In this document: piece by piece, positions 10,501 to 23,600 of the stretch | Layout of the letters: each line of letters opens with the position of its first letter | Position numbering within the stretch: the stretch's first letter is position 1 | DNA from: Nemertoderma westbladi | Lineage: Eukaryota > Animalia > Xenacoelomorpha | Assembly (NCBI GenBank): GCA_032718475.1 | Contig: JAUCBJ010006204.1 | Coordinates: 1 to 32,128, forward strand | Length of the DNA: 32,128 bases | Direction of reading: 5' to 3' | Position numbers and translations under genes: made by a program | Notes under the pieces: generated by a model | What the model saw: the letters and a program-made list of their open reading frames with translations, nothing else | Database searches by the model: none | Told to the model about the DNA's origin: nothing

Positions 10501-13500
10501 CTGTTCCGTCCCGGTGCTGTCCTTGCCCTGCTCACTCCCACTCTTCACTGTTCCTTCCTGGTGCTGTCCTTGCCCTGCTCACTCCCACCCTTCACTGTTC
10601 CTTCCTGGTGCTGTCCTTGCACTGCTCACTCCCACCCTTCACTGTTCCACCCTGGTGCTGTCCTTGCCCTGCTCACTCCCACCCTTCACTGTTCCTTCCT
10701 GGTGCTGTCCTTGCCCTGCTCACTCCCATCCTTTACTGTTCCTTCCTGGTGCTGTCCTTGCCCTCCTCACTCCCATCCTTTACTGTTCCATCCTGGTGCT
10801 GTCCTTGCCCTGCTCACTCCCACCCTTCACTGTTCCTTCCTGGTGCTGTCCTTGCCCTGCTCACTCCCATCCTTTACTGTTCCTTCCTGGTGCTGTCCTT
10901 GCCCTCCTCACTCCCATCCTTTACTGTTCCATCCTGGTGCTGTCCTTGCCCTGCTCACTCCCACCCTTCACTGTTCCTTCCTGGTGCTGTCCTTGCACTG
11001 CTCACTCCCACCCTTCACTGTTCCACCCTGGTGCTGTCCTTGCCCTGCTCACTCCCACCCTTCACTGTTCCTTCCTGGTGCTGTCCTTGCCCTGCTCACT
11101 CCCATCCTTCACTGTTCCTTCCTGGTGCTGTCCTTGCCCTGCTAACTCCCATCCTTCACTGTTCCTTCCTGGTGCTGTCCTTGCCCTGCTCACTCCCACC
11201 CTTCACTGTTCCTTCATGGTGCTGTCCTTGCCCTGCTAACTCCCATCCTTCACTGTTCCTTCCTGGTGCTGTCCTTGCCCTCCTCACTCCCATCCTTTAC
11301 TGTTCTATCCTGGTGCTGTCCTTGCCCTGCTCACTCCCACCCTTCACTGTTCCTTCCTGGTGCTGTCCTTGCACTGCTCACTCCCACCCTTCACTGTTCC
11401 ACCCTGGTGCTGTCCTTGCCCTGCTCACTCCCACCCTTCACTGTTCCTTCCTGGTGCTGTCCGTGCACTGCTCACTCCCACCCTTCACTGTTCCTTCCTG
11501 GTGCTGTCCTTGCCCTGCTCACTCCCATCCTTCACTGTTCCTTCCTGGTGCTGTCCTTGCCCTGCTCACTCCCACCCTTCACTGTTCCGTCCTGGTGCTG
11601 TCCTTGCCCTTTTCCCTCCTGGTGCCTTCCTTGCCCTGCTCACTCCCACCATTCACTGTTCCACCCTGGTGCCTTCCTTGCCCTGCTTACTCCCACCCTT
11701 CACTGTTCCCTCATGGTGCTGCCCTTGCCCTGCTCACTCCCACACTTCACTGTTCCTTCCTGGTGCTGTCCTTGCCCTCCTCACTCCCATCCTTTACTGT
11801 TCCATCCTGGTGCTGTCCTTGCCCTGCTCACTCCCACACTTCACTGTTCCTTCCTGGTGCTGTCCTTGCCCTCCTCACTCCCATCCTTTACTGTTCCATC
11901 CTGGTGCTGTCCTTGCCCTGCTCACTCCCACCCTTTACTGTTCCGTCCTGGTGCTGTCCTTGCCCTACTCACTCCCATCCTTCACTGTTCCGTCATGGTG
12001 CTGTCCTTGACCTGCTCACTCCCATCCTTCACTGTTCCTTCCCGGTGCTGTCCTTGCCCTCCTCACTCCCATCCTTTACTGTTCCATCCTGGTGCTGTCC
12101 TTGCCCTGCTCACTCCCACCCTTCAATGTTCCTTCCCTGTGCTGTCCTTGCCCTGCTCACTCCCACCCTTCAATGTTCCTTCCCTGTGCTGTCCTTGCCC
12201 TGCTCGCTCCCATCCTTCACTGTTCCTTCCTGGTGCTGTCCTTGCACTGCTCACTCCCACCATTCACTGTTCCTTCCTGGTGCTGTCCTTGCCCTGCTCA
12301 CTCCCACCCTTCACTGTTCCTTCCTGGTGCTGTCCTTGCCCTGCTCACTCCCACCCTTCACTGTTCCTTCCCTGTGCTGTCCTTGCCCTGCTCACTCCCA
12401 CCCTTCACTGTTCCTTCCTGGTGCTGTCCTTGCACTGCTCACTCCCACCATTCACTGTTCCTTCCTGGTGCTGTCCTTGCCCTGCTCACTCCCACCCTTC
12501 ACTGTTCCTTCCTGGTGCTGTCCTTGCACTGCTCACTCCCATCCTTCACTGTTCCTTCCTGGTGCTGTCCTTGCCCTCCTCACTCCCATCCTTTACTGTT
12601 CCATCCTGGTGCTGTCCTTGCCCTGCTCACTCCCACCCTTCAATGTTCCTTCCCTGTGCTGTCCTTGCCCTGCTCACTCCCATCCTTCACTGTTCCTTCC
12701 TGGTGCTGTCCTTGCCCTCCTCACTCCCATCCTTTACTGTTCCATCCTGGTGCTGTCCTTGCCCTGCTCACTCCCACCCTTCAATGTTCCTTCCCTGTGC
12801 TGTCCTTGCCCTGCTCACTCCCATCCTTCACTGTTCCGTCATGGTGCTGTCCTTGCCCTGCTCACTCCCACCCTTCACTGTTCCTTCCTGGTGCTGTCCT
12901 TGCCCTCCTCACTCCCATCCTTTACTGTTCCATCCTGGTGCTGTCCTTGCCCTGCTCACTCCCACCCTTCAATGTTCCTTCCCTGTGCTGTCCTTGCCCT
13001 GCTCACTCCCATCCTTCACTGTTCCTTCCTGGTGCTGTCCTTGCCCTCCTCACTCCCATCCTTCACTGTTCCTTCCTGGTGCTGTCCTTGCCCTCCTCAC
13101 TCCCATCCTTTACTGTTCCATCCTGGTGCTGTCCTTGCCCTGCTCACTCCCACCCTTCAATGTTCCTTCCCTGTGCTGTCCTTGCCCTGCTCACTCCCAT
13201 CCTTCACTGTTCCTTCCCGGTGCTGTCCTTGCCCTCCTCACTCCCATCCTTTACTGTTCCATCCTGGTGCTGTCCTTGCCCTGCTCACTCCCACCCTTCA
13301 CTGTTCCTTCCTGGTGCTGTCCTTGCACTGCTCACTCCCACCCTTCACTGTTCCCTCCTGGTGCTGTCCTTGCCCTGCTCACTCCCACCCTTCAATGTTC
13401 CTTCCCTGTGCTGTCCTTGCCCTCCTCACTCCCATCCTTTACTGTTCCATCCTGGTGCTGTCCTTGCCCTGCTCACTTCCACCCTTCACTGTTCCTTCCT

Positions 13501-15897
13501 GGTGCTGTCCTTGCCCTACTCACTCCCATCCTTTACTGTTCCATCCTGGTGCTGTCCTTGCCCTGCTCACTCCCACCCTTCAATGTTCCTTCCCTGTGCT
13601 GTCCTTGCCCTCCTCACTCCCATCCTTTACTGTTCCATCCTGGTGCTGTCCTTGCCCTGCTCACTCCCACCCTTTACTGTTCCCTCATGGTGCTTTCCTT
13701 GCCCTGCTCACTCCCATCCTTTACTGTTCCATCCTGGTGCTGTCCTTGCCCTGCTCACTCCCACCCTTCAATGTTCCTTCCCTGTGCTGTCCTTGCCCTG
13801 CTCACTCCCACCCTTCAATGTTCCTTCCCTGTGCTGTCCTTGCCCTGCTCGCTCCCATCCTTCACTGTTCCTTCCTGGTGCTGTCCTTGCACTGCTCACT
13901 CCCACCCTTCACTGTTCCTTCCTGGTGCTGTCCTTGCACTGCTCACTCCCACCATTCACTGTTCCTTCCTGGTGCTGTCCTTGTCCTGCTCACTCCCACC
14001 CTTCACTGTTCCCCCCTGGTGCTGTCCTTGCCCTGCTCGCTCCCACCCTTCACTGTTCCTTCCTGGTGCTGTCCTTGCACTGCTCACTCCCATCCTTCAC
14101 TGTTCCTTCCTGGTGCTGTCCTTGCCCTCCTCACTCCCATCCTTCACTGTTCCTTCCTGGTGCTGTCCTTGCCCTGCTCACTCCCACCCTTCACTGTTCC
14201 ATCCTGGTGCTGTCCTTGCCCTGCTCACTCCCACCCTTCACTGTTCCTTCATGGTGCTGTCCTTGCACTGCTCACTCCCATCCTTCACTGTTCCTTCCTG
14301 GTGCTGTCCTTGCCCTCCTCACTCCCATCCTTCACTGTTCCTTCCTGGTGCTGTCCTTGCCCTGCTCACTCCCACCCTTCACTGTTCCATCCTGGTGCTG
14401 TCCTTGCCCTGCTCACTCCCACCCTTCACTGTTCCTTCATGGTGCTGTCCTTGCCCTGCTCACTCCCACCCTTCACTGTTCTTTCCTGGTGATGTCCTTG
14501 CCCTGCTCACTCCCATCCTTCACTGTTCCTTCCTGGTGCTGTCCTTGCACTGCTCACTCCCACCCTTCACTGTTCCTTCCTGGTGATGTCCTTGCCCTGC
14601 TCACTCCCATCCTTCACTGTTCCTTCCTGGTGCTGTCCTTGCCCTGCTCACTCCCATCCTTCAATGTTCCTTCCTGGTGCTGTCCTTGCACTGCTCACTC
14701 CCACCCTTCACTGTTCCTTCCTGGTGCTGTCCTTGCACTGCTCACTCCCACCATTCACTGTTCCTTCCTGGTGCTGTCCTTGTCCTGCTCACTCCCACCC
14801 TTCACTGTTCCCCCCTGGTGCTGTCCTTGCCCTGCTCGCTCCCACCCTTCACTGTTCCTTCCTGGTGCTGTCCTTGCCCTGCTCACTCCCACCCTTCACT
14901 GTTCCTTCCCTGTGCTGTCCTTGCCCTGCTCACTCCCACCCTTCACTGTTCCTTCCTGGTGCTGTCCTTGCCCTGCTCACTCCCACCCTTCACTGTTCCA
15001 CCCTGGTGCTGTCCTTGCACTGCTCACTCCCACCATTCACTGTTCCTTCCTGGTGCTGTCCTTGCCCTGCTCACTCCCACCCTTCACTGTTCCTTCCTGG
15101 TGTTGTCCTTGCCCTGCTCACTCCCACCCTTCAATGTTCCTTCCCTGTGCTGTCCTTGCCCTGCTCACTCCCACCCTTCAATGTTCCTTCCCTGTGCTGT
15201 CCTTGCCCTGCTCACTCCCACCCTTCACTGTTCTTTCCTGGTGCTGTCATTGCCCTGATCACTCCCACCCTTCACTGTTCCTTCCTGGTGCTGTCCTTGC
15301 CCTGCTCACTCCCACCCTTCAATGTTCCTTCCTGGTGCTGTCCTTGCCCTGCTCACTCCCACCCTTCACTGTTCCTTCCTGGTGCTGTCCTTGCCCTGCT
15401 CACTCCCACCCTTCAATGTTCCTTCCCTGTGCTGTCCTTGCCCTGCTCACTCCCACCCTTCACTGTTCCTTCCTGGTGCTGTCCTTGCCCTGCTCACTCC
15501 CACCCTTCAATGTTCCTTCCCTGTGCTGTCCTTGCCCTGCTCACTCCCACCCTTCACTGTTCTTTCCTGGTGCTGTCATTGCCCTGATCACTCCCACCCT
15601 TCACTGTTCCTTCCTGGTGCTGTCCTTGCCCTGCTCACTCCCACCCTTCACTGTTCCTTCCTGGTGCTGTCCTTGCCCTGCTCACTCCCACCCTTCAATG
15701 TTCCTTCCCTGTGCTGTCCTTGCCCTGCTCACTCCCACCCTTCACTGTTCTTTCCTGGTGCTGTCATTGCCCTGATCACTCCCACCCTTCACTGTTCCTT
15801 CCTGGTGCTGTCCTTGCCCTGCTTACTCCCACCCTTCACTGTTCCTTCCTGGTGCTGTCCTTGCCCTGCTCACTCCCATCCTTGACTGTTCTGTCCT
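7521..15897. repeat. Minisatellite, 47-bp unit (CTTGCCCTGCTCACTCCCACCCTTCACTGTTCCTTCCTGGTGCTGTC), about 178 copies
   Basis: Clear 47-nt period, with a strongly pyrimidine-rich + strand. The + strand consensus has no stop codon, which explains the overlapping kb-long ORFs. Confidence 0.97.
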
Positions 15898-16067
15898 TGT
15901 GATGTCTTTCGCACCAGAACTATTGCTGGATGGTGCCTCCAACTTATTCGATTACGCCGTACGAAACAGTAATTCACGTGCTAATGCCTCACATTACTGT
16001 ACATTATTTACCAACATACTTTCTTAAATTCACACTAGGCCAACTTAACATTTGTTTGTTTTCACAG

Positions 16068-16340
16068 AAATCGTTGTGTTCCGAATTATTTCAAGAACTA
16101 GCTTTTGCGTTGCGTTGCAAAGGTACCAAGAAGGTTGGGCCGGACGGCCCCTTGGAGCGATTACCGGAGATACCGGAGGGTGACTACGTTGTCAGAACCC
16201 GACCTAGACTCCCTTCCAACTCGTCAAACAATTATAATAACTACGAGAGTCCTCTAGCGGTGGGAATGAGCACCACAAATTACGAACCCAATTCACCTCC
16301 ACCCTACTTGGCTAGTCGCCTCATGGATAGCACAGTATAG
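16068..16340 (+). CDS. Putative terminal coding exon of an antisense gene; resembles the cytoplasmic tail of a kainate-type ionotropic glutamate receptor
   Basis: Branch-like cttaac (16044-16049), T-rich tract and cacag| acceptor, then 90 open codons to TAG. Starts KSLCSELFQELAFALRC, like the recalled kainate post-M4 motif S-x-CS-x4-EL-x4-C. Contains PPPY and ends DSTV* (class I PDZ ligand). Confidence 0.6.
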   Translation, partial: KSLCSELFQELAFALRCKGTKKVGPDGPLERLPEIPEGDYVVRTRPRLPSNSSNNYNNYESPLAVGMSTTNYEPNSPPPYLASRLMDSTV

Positions 16341-16363
16341 GAGTCAGTATGGTGGAGGGGATT

Positions 16364-16387
16364 GGGGGGGGGGGGGGGGGGGGGGGG
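16364..16387. repeat. G24 homopolymer in the putative 3' UTR
   Basis: Directly visible; capable of forming a G-quadruplex. Confidence 0.9.
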
Positions 16388-16714
16388 CTTGTAACATGGA
16401 GCAGTGCCATACAGGGGCTAGAACATCGTCTGTACCAACTTGTTCAAGGGCGCCCTTGGAGAGACTAGTTAACATGGATTCTCTGACAACGGATGCGTTC
16501 ACTGCAAGTAATAATTAAGTCCGTTTGATCTGTGAGTAATTTATCGCTACGCTAACAGACTGCCAATTCGGGAATTATCCGTATCCATTTTTTTTGGTAA
16601 CGCCATTTTAATGAGAAAAATAACTATATAATTTAATAACTTCAGGTATTTCGCAATCTACGTGTTGTTTATTGCTTTGAACTATGTACCGGTACCATAA
16701 GTTTACTGTATATA

Positions 16715-16720
16715 AATAAA
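16715..16720 (+). terminator. Candidate polyadenylation signal AATAAA for the antisense terminal exon
   Basis: AATAAA about 375 nt after the stop at 16340. The AT-rich context makes a chance match possible. Confidence 0.35.
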
Positions 16721-17682
16721 CCCTACCGGTACTGATATTTTACATTAATCTCACCATGTCCTATAATTAGTTTCTTAAATTCAGGTTAGCCTACCCTAAC
16801 TGTATTAAAGGAGTTATTCTTCGACATGCAGTGTAAAGCTTCTAATAGGTTTCTTAATAATCTCAATTAATTTATTTTCTCATTAATTAATAATGCTAAT
16901 TTTATAGCTTTTGGATAAGCCTGTGGAATGTAAACTTTAAGGTTGCCATTTATACTTTGCACTCAGCTATACAGTAGTTATTAGAATATTTAATCAACGC
17001 AGTTATGTAGTGATTAATTTTTTTTATTTGTTGAAATGAACTTGTTTCGTTAGTTAAAAAAAGTACTGTTCGAAATACATGTCAAAGTAATTACCATATC
17101 ATTAATAACATTAAAATATGCATCCATGATCCATGCTCAAGCAGCCATGATATCCAAAGGTTATTAAATTTTCTAGAATATTATAATAGAAATATTATTA
17201 CATTATATCTAGAAATATTCTAAAATATTCTATCTAGAACGTTACCTAGGCCTTTTTTACTATTTCGCTTTCGCTTATAGTTATTTCACAACGGACGAAA
17301 CTTAACGATTGGGCGCTACAGTTTGTGATTCTTTTATTAAAACGATATTTATGCATTTTTAAATATTTAAACGGGAGCAGACTTTTCGGGATCGGGACCG
17401 GGATTAACACCATTGGGATCGCGTTTTTCGGAATCGGGATTGTAATTTTGTTTTAAATTTCCTTAAAGTTGTTTGGGGTTTTCGGTAACACTCACTTTAT
17501 CTTACACTTCTGAAATAGTGGTAAGATAAAGTTATATTAAAATGTATTTGCAATTGATTACTGGATGGTTTCTGACATAAAAATTCGATATAAACAAAAC
17601 ATTTCCTTTCAGCTGGAACTATTTATCGGATATTAAAGAAATTTACTTCACTATTTATAGTTCGGGATCCCGGTTCAGAAAT

Positions 17683-20600
17683 GTCGGGATCGGGACTGGG
17701 GTTACAGTTTCAACGGGATCCCGTTCCAATAAAGTCGGGATCGGGACTGGGGTTACAGTTTCACCGGGATCCCGTTCCAATAAAGTCGGGATCGGGACTG
17801 GGGTTACAGTTTCACCGGGATCCCGTTCCAATAAAGTCGGGATCGGGACTGGGGTTACAGTTTCAACGGGATCCCGTTCCAATAAAGTCGGGATCGGGAC
17901 TGGGGTTACAGTTTCACCGGGATCCCGTTCCAATAAAGTAGGGATCGGGACTGGGGTTACAGTTTCACCGGGATCCCGTTCCAATAAAGTCGGGATCGGG
18001 ACTGGGGTTACAGTTTCACCGGGATCCCGTTCCAATAAAGTCGGGATCGCGACTGGGGTTACAGTTTCACCGGGATCCCGTTCCAATAAAGTCGGGATCG
18101 CGACTGGGGTTACAGTTTCACCGGGATCCCGTTCCAATAAAGTCGGGATCGGGACTGGGGTTACAGTTTCAACTGGATCCCGTTCCAATAAAGTCGGGAT
18201 CGGGACTGGGGTTACAGTTTCACCGGGATCCCGTTCCAATAAAGTAGGGATCGGCACTGGGGTTACAGTTTCACCGGGATCCCGTTCCAATAAAGTCGGG
18301 ATCGGGACTGGGGTTACAGTTTCACCGGGATCCCGTTCCAATAAAGTAGCGATCGGCACTGGGGTTACAGTTTCAACGGGATCCCGTTCCAATAAAGTAG
18401 GGATCGGGACTGGGGTTACAGTTTCACCGGGATCCCGTTCCAATAAAGTAGGGATCGGGACTGGGGTTACAGTTTCACCAGGATCCCGTTCCAATAAAGT
18501 CGGGATCGGGACTGGGGTTACAGTTTCACCAGGATCCCGTTCCAATAAAGTCGGGATCGGGACTGGGGTTACAGTTTCACCGGGATCCCGTTCCAATAAA
18601 GTCGGGATCGGGACTGGGGTTACAGTGTCACCGGGATCCCGTTCCAATAAAGTCGGGATCGGGACTGGGGTTACAGTGTCATCGGGATCCCGTTCCAATA
18701 AAGTCGGGATCGGGACTGGGGTTACAGTTTCACCGGGATCCCGTTCCAATAAAGTCGGGATCGGGACTGGGGTTACAGTTTCACCGGGATCCCGTTCCAA
18801 TAAAGTCGGGATCGGGACTGGGGTTACAGTTTCACCGGGATCCCGTTCCAATAAAGTCGGGAGCGGGTCAGGGGTTACAGTTTCACCGGGATCCCGTTCC
18901 AATAAGATCGGGACTGGGGTTACAGTTTCACCGGGATCCCGTTCCAATAAAGTCGGGATCGGGACTGGGGTTACAGTTTCACCGGGATCCCGTTCCAATA
19001 AAGTCGGGATCGGGACTGGGGTTACAGTTTCACCGGGATCCCGTTCCAATAAAGTCGGGATCGGGACTGGGGTTACAGTTTCACCGGGATCCCGTTCCAA
19101 TAAAGTCGGGATCGGGACTGGGGTTACAGTTTCACCGGGATCCCGTTCCAATAAAGTCGGGATCGGGACTGGGGTTACAGTTTCACCGGGATCCCGTTCC
19201 AATAAAGTCGGGATCGGGACTGGGGTTACAGTTTCACCGGGATCCCGTTCCAATAAAGTAGGGATCGGGTCAGGGGTTACAGTTTCACCGGGATCCCGTT
19301 CCAATAAAGTCGGGAGCGGGTCAGGGGTTACAGTTTCACCGGGATCCCGTTCCAATAAAGTCGGGAGCGGGTCAGGGGTTACAGTTTCACCGGGATCCCG
19401 TTCCAATAAAGTCGGGATCGGGACTGGGGTTACAGTTTCACCGGGATCCCGTTCCAATAAAGTCGGGATCGGGACTGGGGTTACAGTTTCAACGGGATCC
19501 CGTTCCAATTAAGTCGGGAGCGGGTCAGGGGTTACAGTTTCACCGGGATCCCGTTCCAATAAAGTCGGGAGCGGGTCAGGGGTTACAGTTTCACCGGGAT
19601 CCCGTTCCAATAAAGTCGGGATCGGGACTGGGGTTACAGTTTCACCGGGATCCCGTTCCAATAAAGTAGGGATCGGGACTGGGGTTACAGTTTCACCGGG
19701 ATCCCGTTCCAATAAAGTCGGGATCGGGACTGGGGTTACAGTTTCACCAGGATTCCGTTCCAATAAAGTCGGGATCGGGACTGGGGTTACAGTTTCACCG
19801 GGATCCCGTTCCAATAAAGTCGGGATCGGGACTGGGGTTACAGTTTCAACGGGATCCCGTTCCAATAAAGTCGGGATCGGGACTGGGGTTACAGTTTCAC
19901 CGGGATCCCGTTCCAATAAAGTAGGGATCGGGACTGGGGTTACAGTTTCACCGGGATCCCGTTCCAATAAAGTCGGGATCGGGACTGGGGTTACAGTTTC
20001 ACCGGGATCCCGTTCCAATAAAGTCGGGATCGGGACTGGGGTTACAGTTTCACCGGGATCCCGTTCCAATAAAGTCGGGATCGGGTCAGGGGTTACAGTT
20101 TCACCGGGATCCCGTTCCAATAAAGTCGGGATCGGGACTGGGGTTACAGTGTCACCGGGATCCCGTTCCAATAAAGTCGGGATCGGGACTGGGGTTACAG
20201 TTTCGCCGGGATCCCGTTCCAATAAAGTCGGGATCGGAACTGGGGTTACAGTTTCGCCGGGATCCCGTTCCAATAAAGTCGGGATCGGAACTGGGGTTAC
20301 AGTTTCAACGGGATCCCGTTCCAATAAAGTCGGGATCGGGACTGGGGTTACAGTTTCACCGGGATCCCGTTCCAATAAAGTCGGGATCGGGACTGGGGTT
20401 ACAGTTTTACCGGGATCCCGTTCCAATAAAGTCGGGATCGGGACTGGGGTTACAGTTTCAACGGGATCCCGTTCCAATAAAGTCGGGATCGGGACTGGGG
20501 TTACAGTTTCACCGGGATCCCGTTCCAATAAAGTCGGGATCGGGACTGGGGTTACAGTTTCACCGGGATCCCGTTCCAATAAAGTCGGGATCGGGACTGG

Positions 20601-23600
20601 GGTTACAGTTTCAACGGGATCCCGTTCCAATAAAGTCGGGATCGGGACTGGGGTTACAGTTTCACCGGGATCCCGTTCCAATAAAGTCGGGATCGGGACT
20701 GGGGTTACAGTTTCACCGGGATCCCGTTCCAATAAAGTCGGGATCGGGACTGGGGTTACAGTTTCAACGGGATCCCGTTCCAATAAAGTCGGGATCGGGA
20801 CTGGGGTTACAGTTTCACCGGGATCCCGTTCCAATAAAGTCGGGATCGGGACTGGGGTTACAGTTTCACCGGGATCCCGTTCCAATAAAGTCGGGATCGG
20901 GACTGGGGTTACAGTTTCAACGGGATCCCGTTCCAATAAAGTCGGGATCGGGACTGGGGTTACAGTTTCAACGGGATCCCGTTCCAATAAAGTCGGGATC
21001 GGGACTGGGGTTACAGTTTCACCGGGATCCCGTTCCAATAAAGTCGGGATCGGGACTGGGGTTACAGTTTCACCGGGATCCCGTTCCAATAAAGTCGGGA
21101 TCGGGACTGGGGTTACAGTTTCACCGGGATCCCGTTCCAATAAAGTCGGGATCGGGTCAGGGGTTACAGTTTCACCGGGATCCCGTTCCAATAAAGTCGG
21201 GATCGGGACTGGGGTTACAGTTTCACCGGGATCCCGTTCCAATAAAGTCGGGATCGGGACTGGGGTTACAGTTTCACCGGGATCCCGTTCCAATAAAGTC
21301 GGGATCGGGACTGGGGTTACAGTTTTACCGGGATCCCGTTCCAATAAAGACGGGATTGGGACTGGGGTTACAGTTTCACCGGGATCCCGTTCCAATAAAG
21401 TCGGGATCGGGACTGGGGTTACAGTTTTACCGGGATCCCGTTCCAATAAAGACGGGATTGGGACTGGGGTTACAGTTTCACCGGGATCCCGTTCCAATAA
21501 AGTCGGGATCGGGTCAGGGGTTACAGTTTCGCCGGGATCCCGTTCCAATAAAGTCGGGATCGGAACTGGGGTTACAGTTTTACCGGGATCCCGTTCCAAT
21601 AGTCGGGATCGGGACTGGGGTTACAGTTTCACCGGGATCCCGTTCCAATAAAGTCGGGATCGGGTCAGGGGTTACAGTTTCAACGGGATCCCGTTCCAAT
21701 AAAGTCGGGATCGGGACTGGGGTTACAGTTTCACCGGGATCCCGTTCCAATAAAGTCGGGATCGGGTCAGGGGTTACAGTTTCAACGGGATCCCGTTCCA
21801 ATAAAGTCGGGATCGGGACTGGGGTTACAGTTTCACCGGGATCCCGTTCCAATAAAGTCGGGATCGGGTCAGGGGTTACAGTTTCACCGGGATCCCGTTC
21901 CAATAAAGTCGGGATCGGGACTGGGGTTACAGTTTCACCGGGATCCCGTTCCAATAAAGTCGGGATCGGGTCAGGGGTTACAGTTTCAACGGGATCCCGT
22001 TCCAATAAAGTCGGGATCGGGACTGGGGTTACAGTTTCACCGGGATCCCGTTCCAATAAAGTCGGGATCGGGACTGGGGTTACAGTTTCACCGGGATCCC
22101 GTTCCAATAAAGTCGGGATCGGGTCAGGGGTTACAGTTTCAACGGGATCCCGTTCCAATAAAGTCGGGATCGGGTCAGGGGTTACAGTTTCACCGGGATC
22201 CCGTTCCAATAAAGTCGGGATCGGGTCAGGGGTTACAGTTTCAACGGGATCCCGTTCCAATAAAGTCGGGATCGGGACTGGGGTTACAGTTTCACCGGGA
22301 TCCCGTTCCAATAAAGTCGGGATCGGGTCAGGGGTTACAGTTTCAACGGGATCCCGTTCCAATAAAGTCGGGATCGGGTCAGGGGTTACAGTTTCACCGG
22401 GATCCCGTTCCAATAAAGTCGGGATCGGGTCAGGGGTTACAGTTTCACCGGGATCCCGTTCCAATAAAGTCGGGATCGGGTCAGGGGTTACAGTTTCACC
22501 GGGATCCCGTTCCAATAAAGTCGGGATCGGGACTGGGGTTACAGTTTCACCGGGATCCCGTTCCAATAAAGTCGGGATCGGGTCAGGGGTTACAGTTTCA
22601 ACGGGATCCCGTTCCAATAAAGTCGGGATCGGGACTGGGGTTACAGTTTCACCGGGATCCCGTTCCAATAAAGTCGGGATCGGGTCAGGGGTTACAGTTT
22701 CACCGGGATCCCGTTCCAATAAAGTAGGGATCGGGACTGGGGTTACAGTTTCACCGGGATCCCGTTCCAATAAAGTCGGGATCGGGACTGGGGTTACAGT
22801 TTCACCGGGATCCCGTTCCAATAAAGTCGGGATCGGGACTGGGGTTACAGTTTCACCGGGATCCCGTTCCAATAAAGTCGGGATCGGGTCAGGGGTTACA
22901 GTTTCACCGGGATCCCGTTCCAATAAAGTCGGGATCGGGACTGGGGTTACAGTTTCACCGGGATCCCGTTCCAATAAAGTCGGGATCGGGACTGGGGTTA
23001 CAGTTTCACCGGGATCCCGTTCCAATAAAGTCGGGATCGGGACTGGGGTTACAGTTTCACCGGGATCCCGTTCCAATAAAGTCGGGATCGGGACTGGGGT
23101 TACAGTTTTACCGGGATCCCGTTCCAATAAAGACGGGATTGGGACTGGGGTTACAGTTTCACCGGGATCCCGTTCCAATAAAGTCGGGATCGGGTCAGGG
23201 GTTACAGTTTCGCCGGGATCCCGTTCCAATAAAGTCGGGATCGGGACTGGGGTTACAGTTTCACCGGGATCCCGTTCCAATAAAGTCGGGATCGGGACTG
23301 GGGTTACAGTTTCACCGGGATCCCGTTCCAATAAAGTCGGGATCGGAACTGGGGTTACAGTTTTACCGGGATCCCGTTCCAATAAAGTCGGGATCGGGAC
23401 TGGGGTTACAGTTTCATCGGGATCCCGTTCCAATAAAGTCGGGATCGGGACTGGGGTTACAGTTTCACCGGGATCCCGTTCCAATAAAGTCGGGATCGGG
23501 ACTGGGGTTACAGTTTCACCGGGATCCCGTTCCAATAAAGTCGGGATCGGGACTGGGGTTACAATTTTACCGGGATCCCATTCCAATAAAGTCGGGATCG

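Noticed and set aside
7414-15902. Cys/Pro/Leu-rich ORFs up to 1419 aa
   Set aside because: All three + frames give the same cyclic peptide from a stop-free 47-mer, which is an artefact of the repeat.
15918-15968. Small + strand exon upstream of 16068 (cag|AACTAT...ACA|gtaatt or ...GCC|gtacga)
   Set aside because: The splice signals are plausible, but no frame resembles the expected M4 transmembrane segment. It cannot be supported without RNA data.
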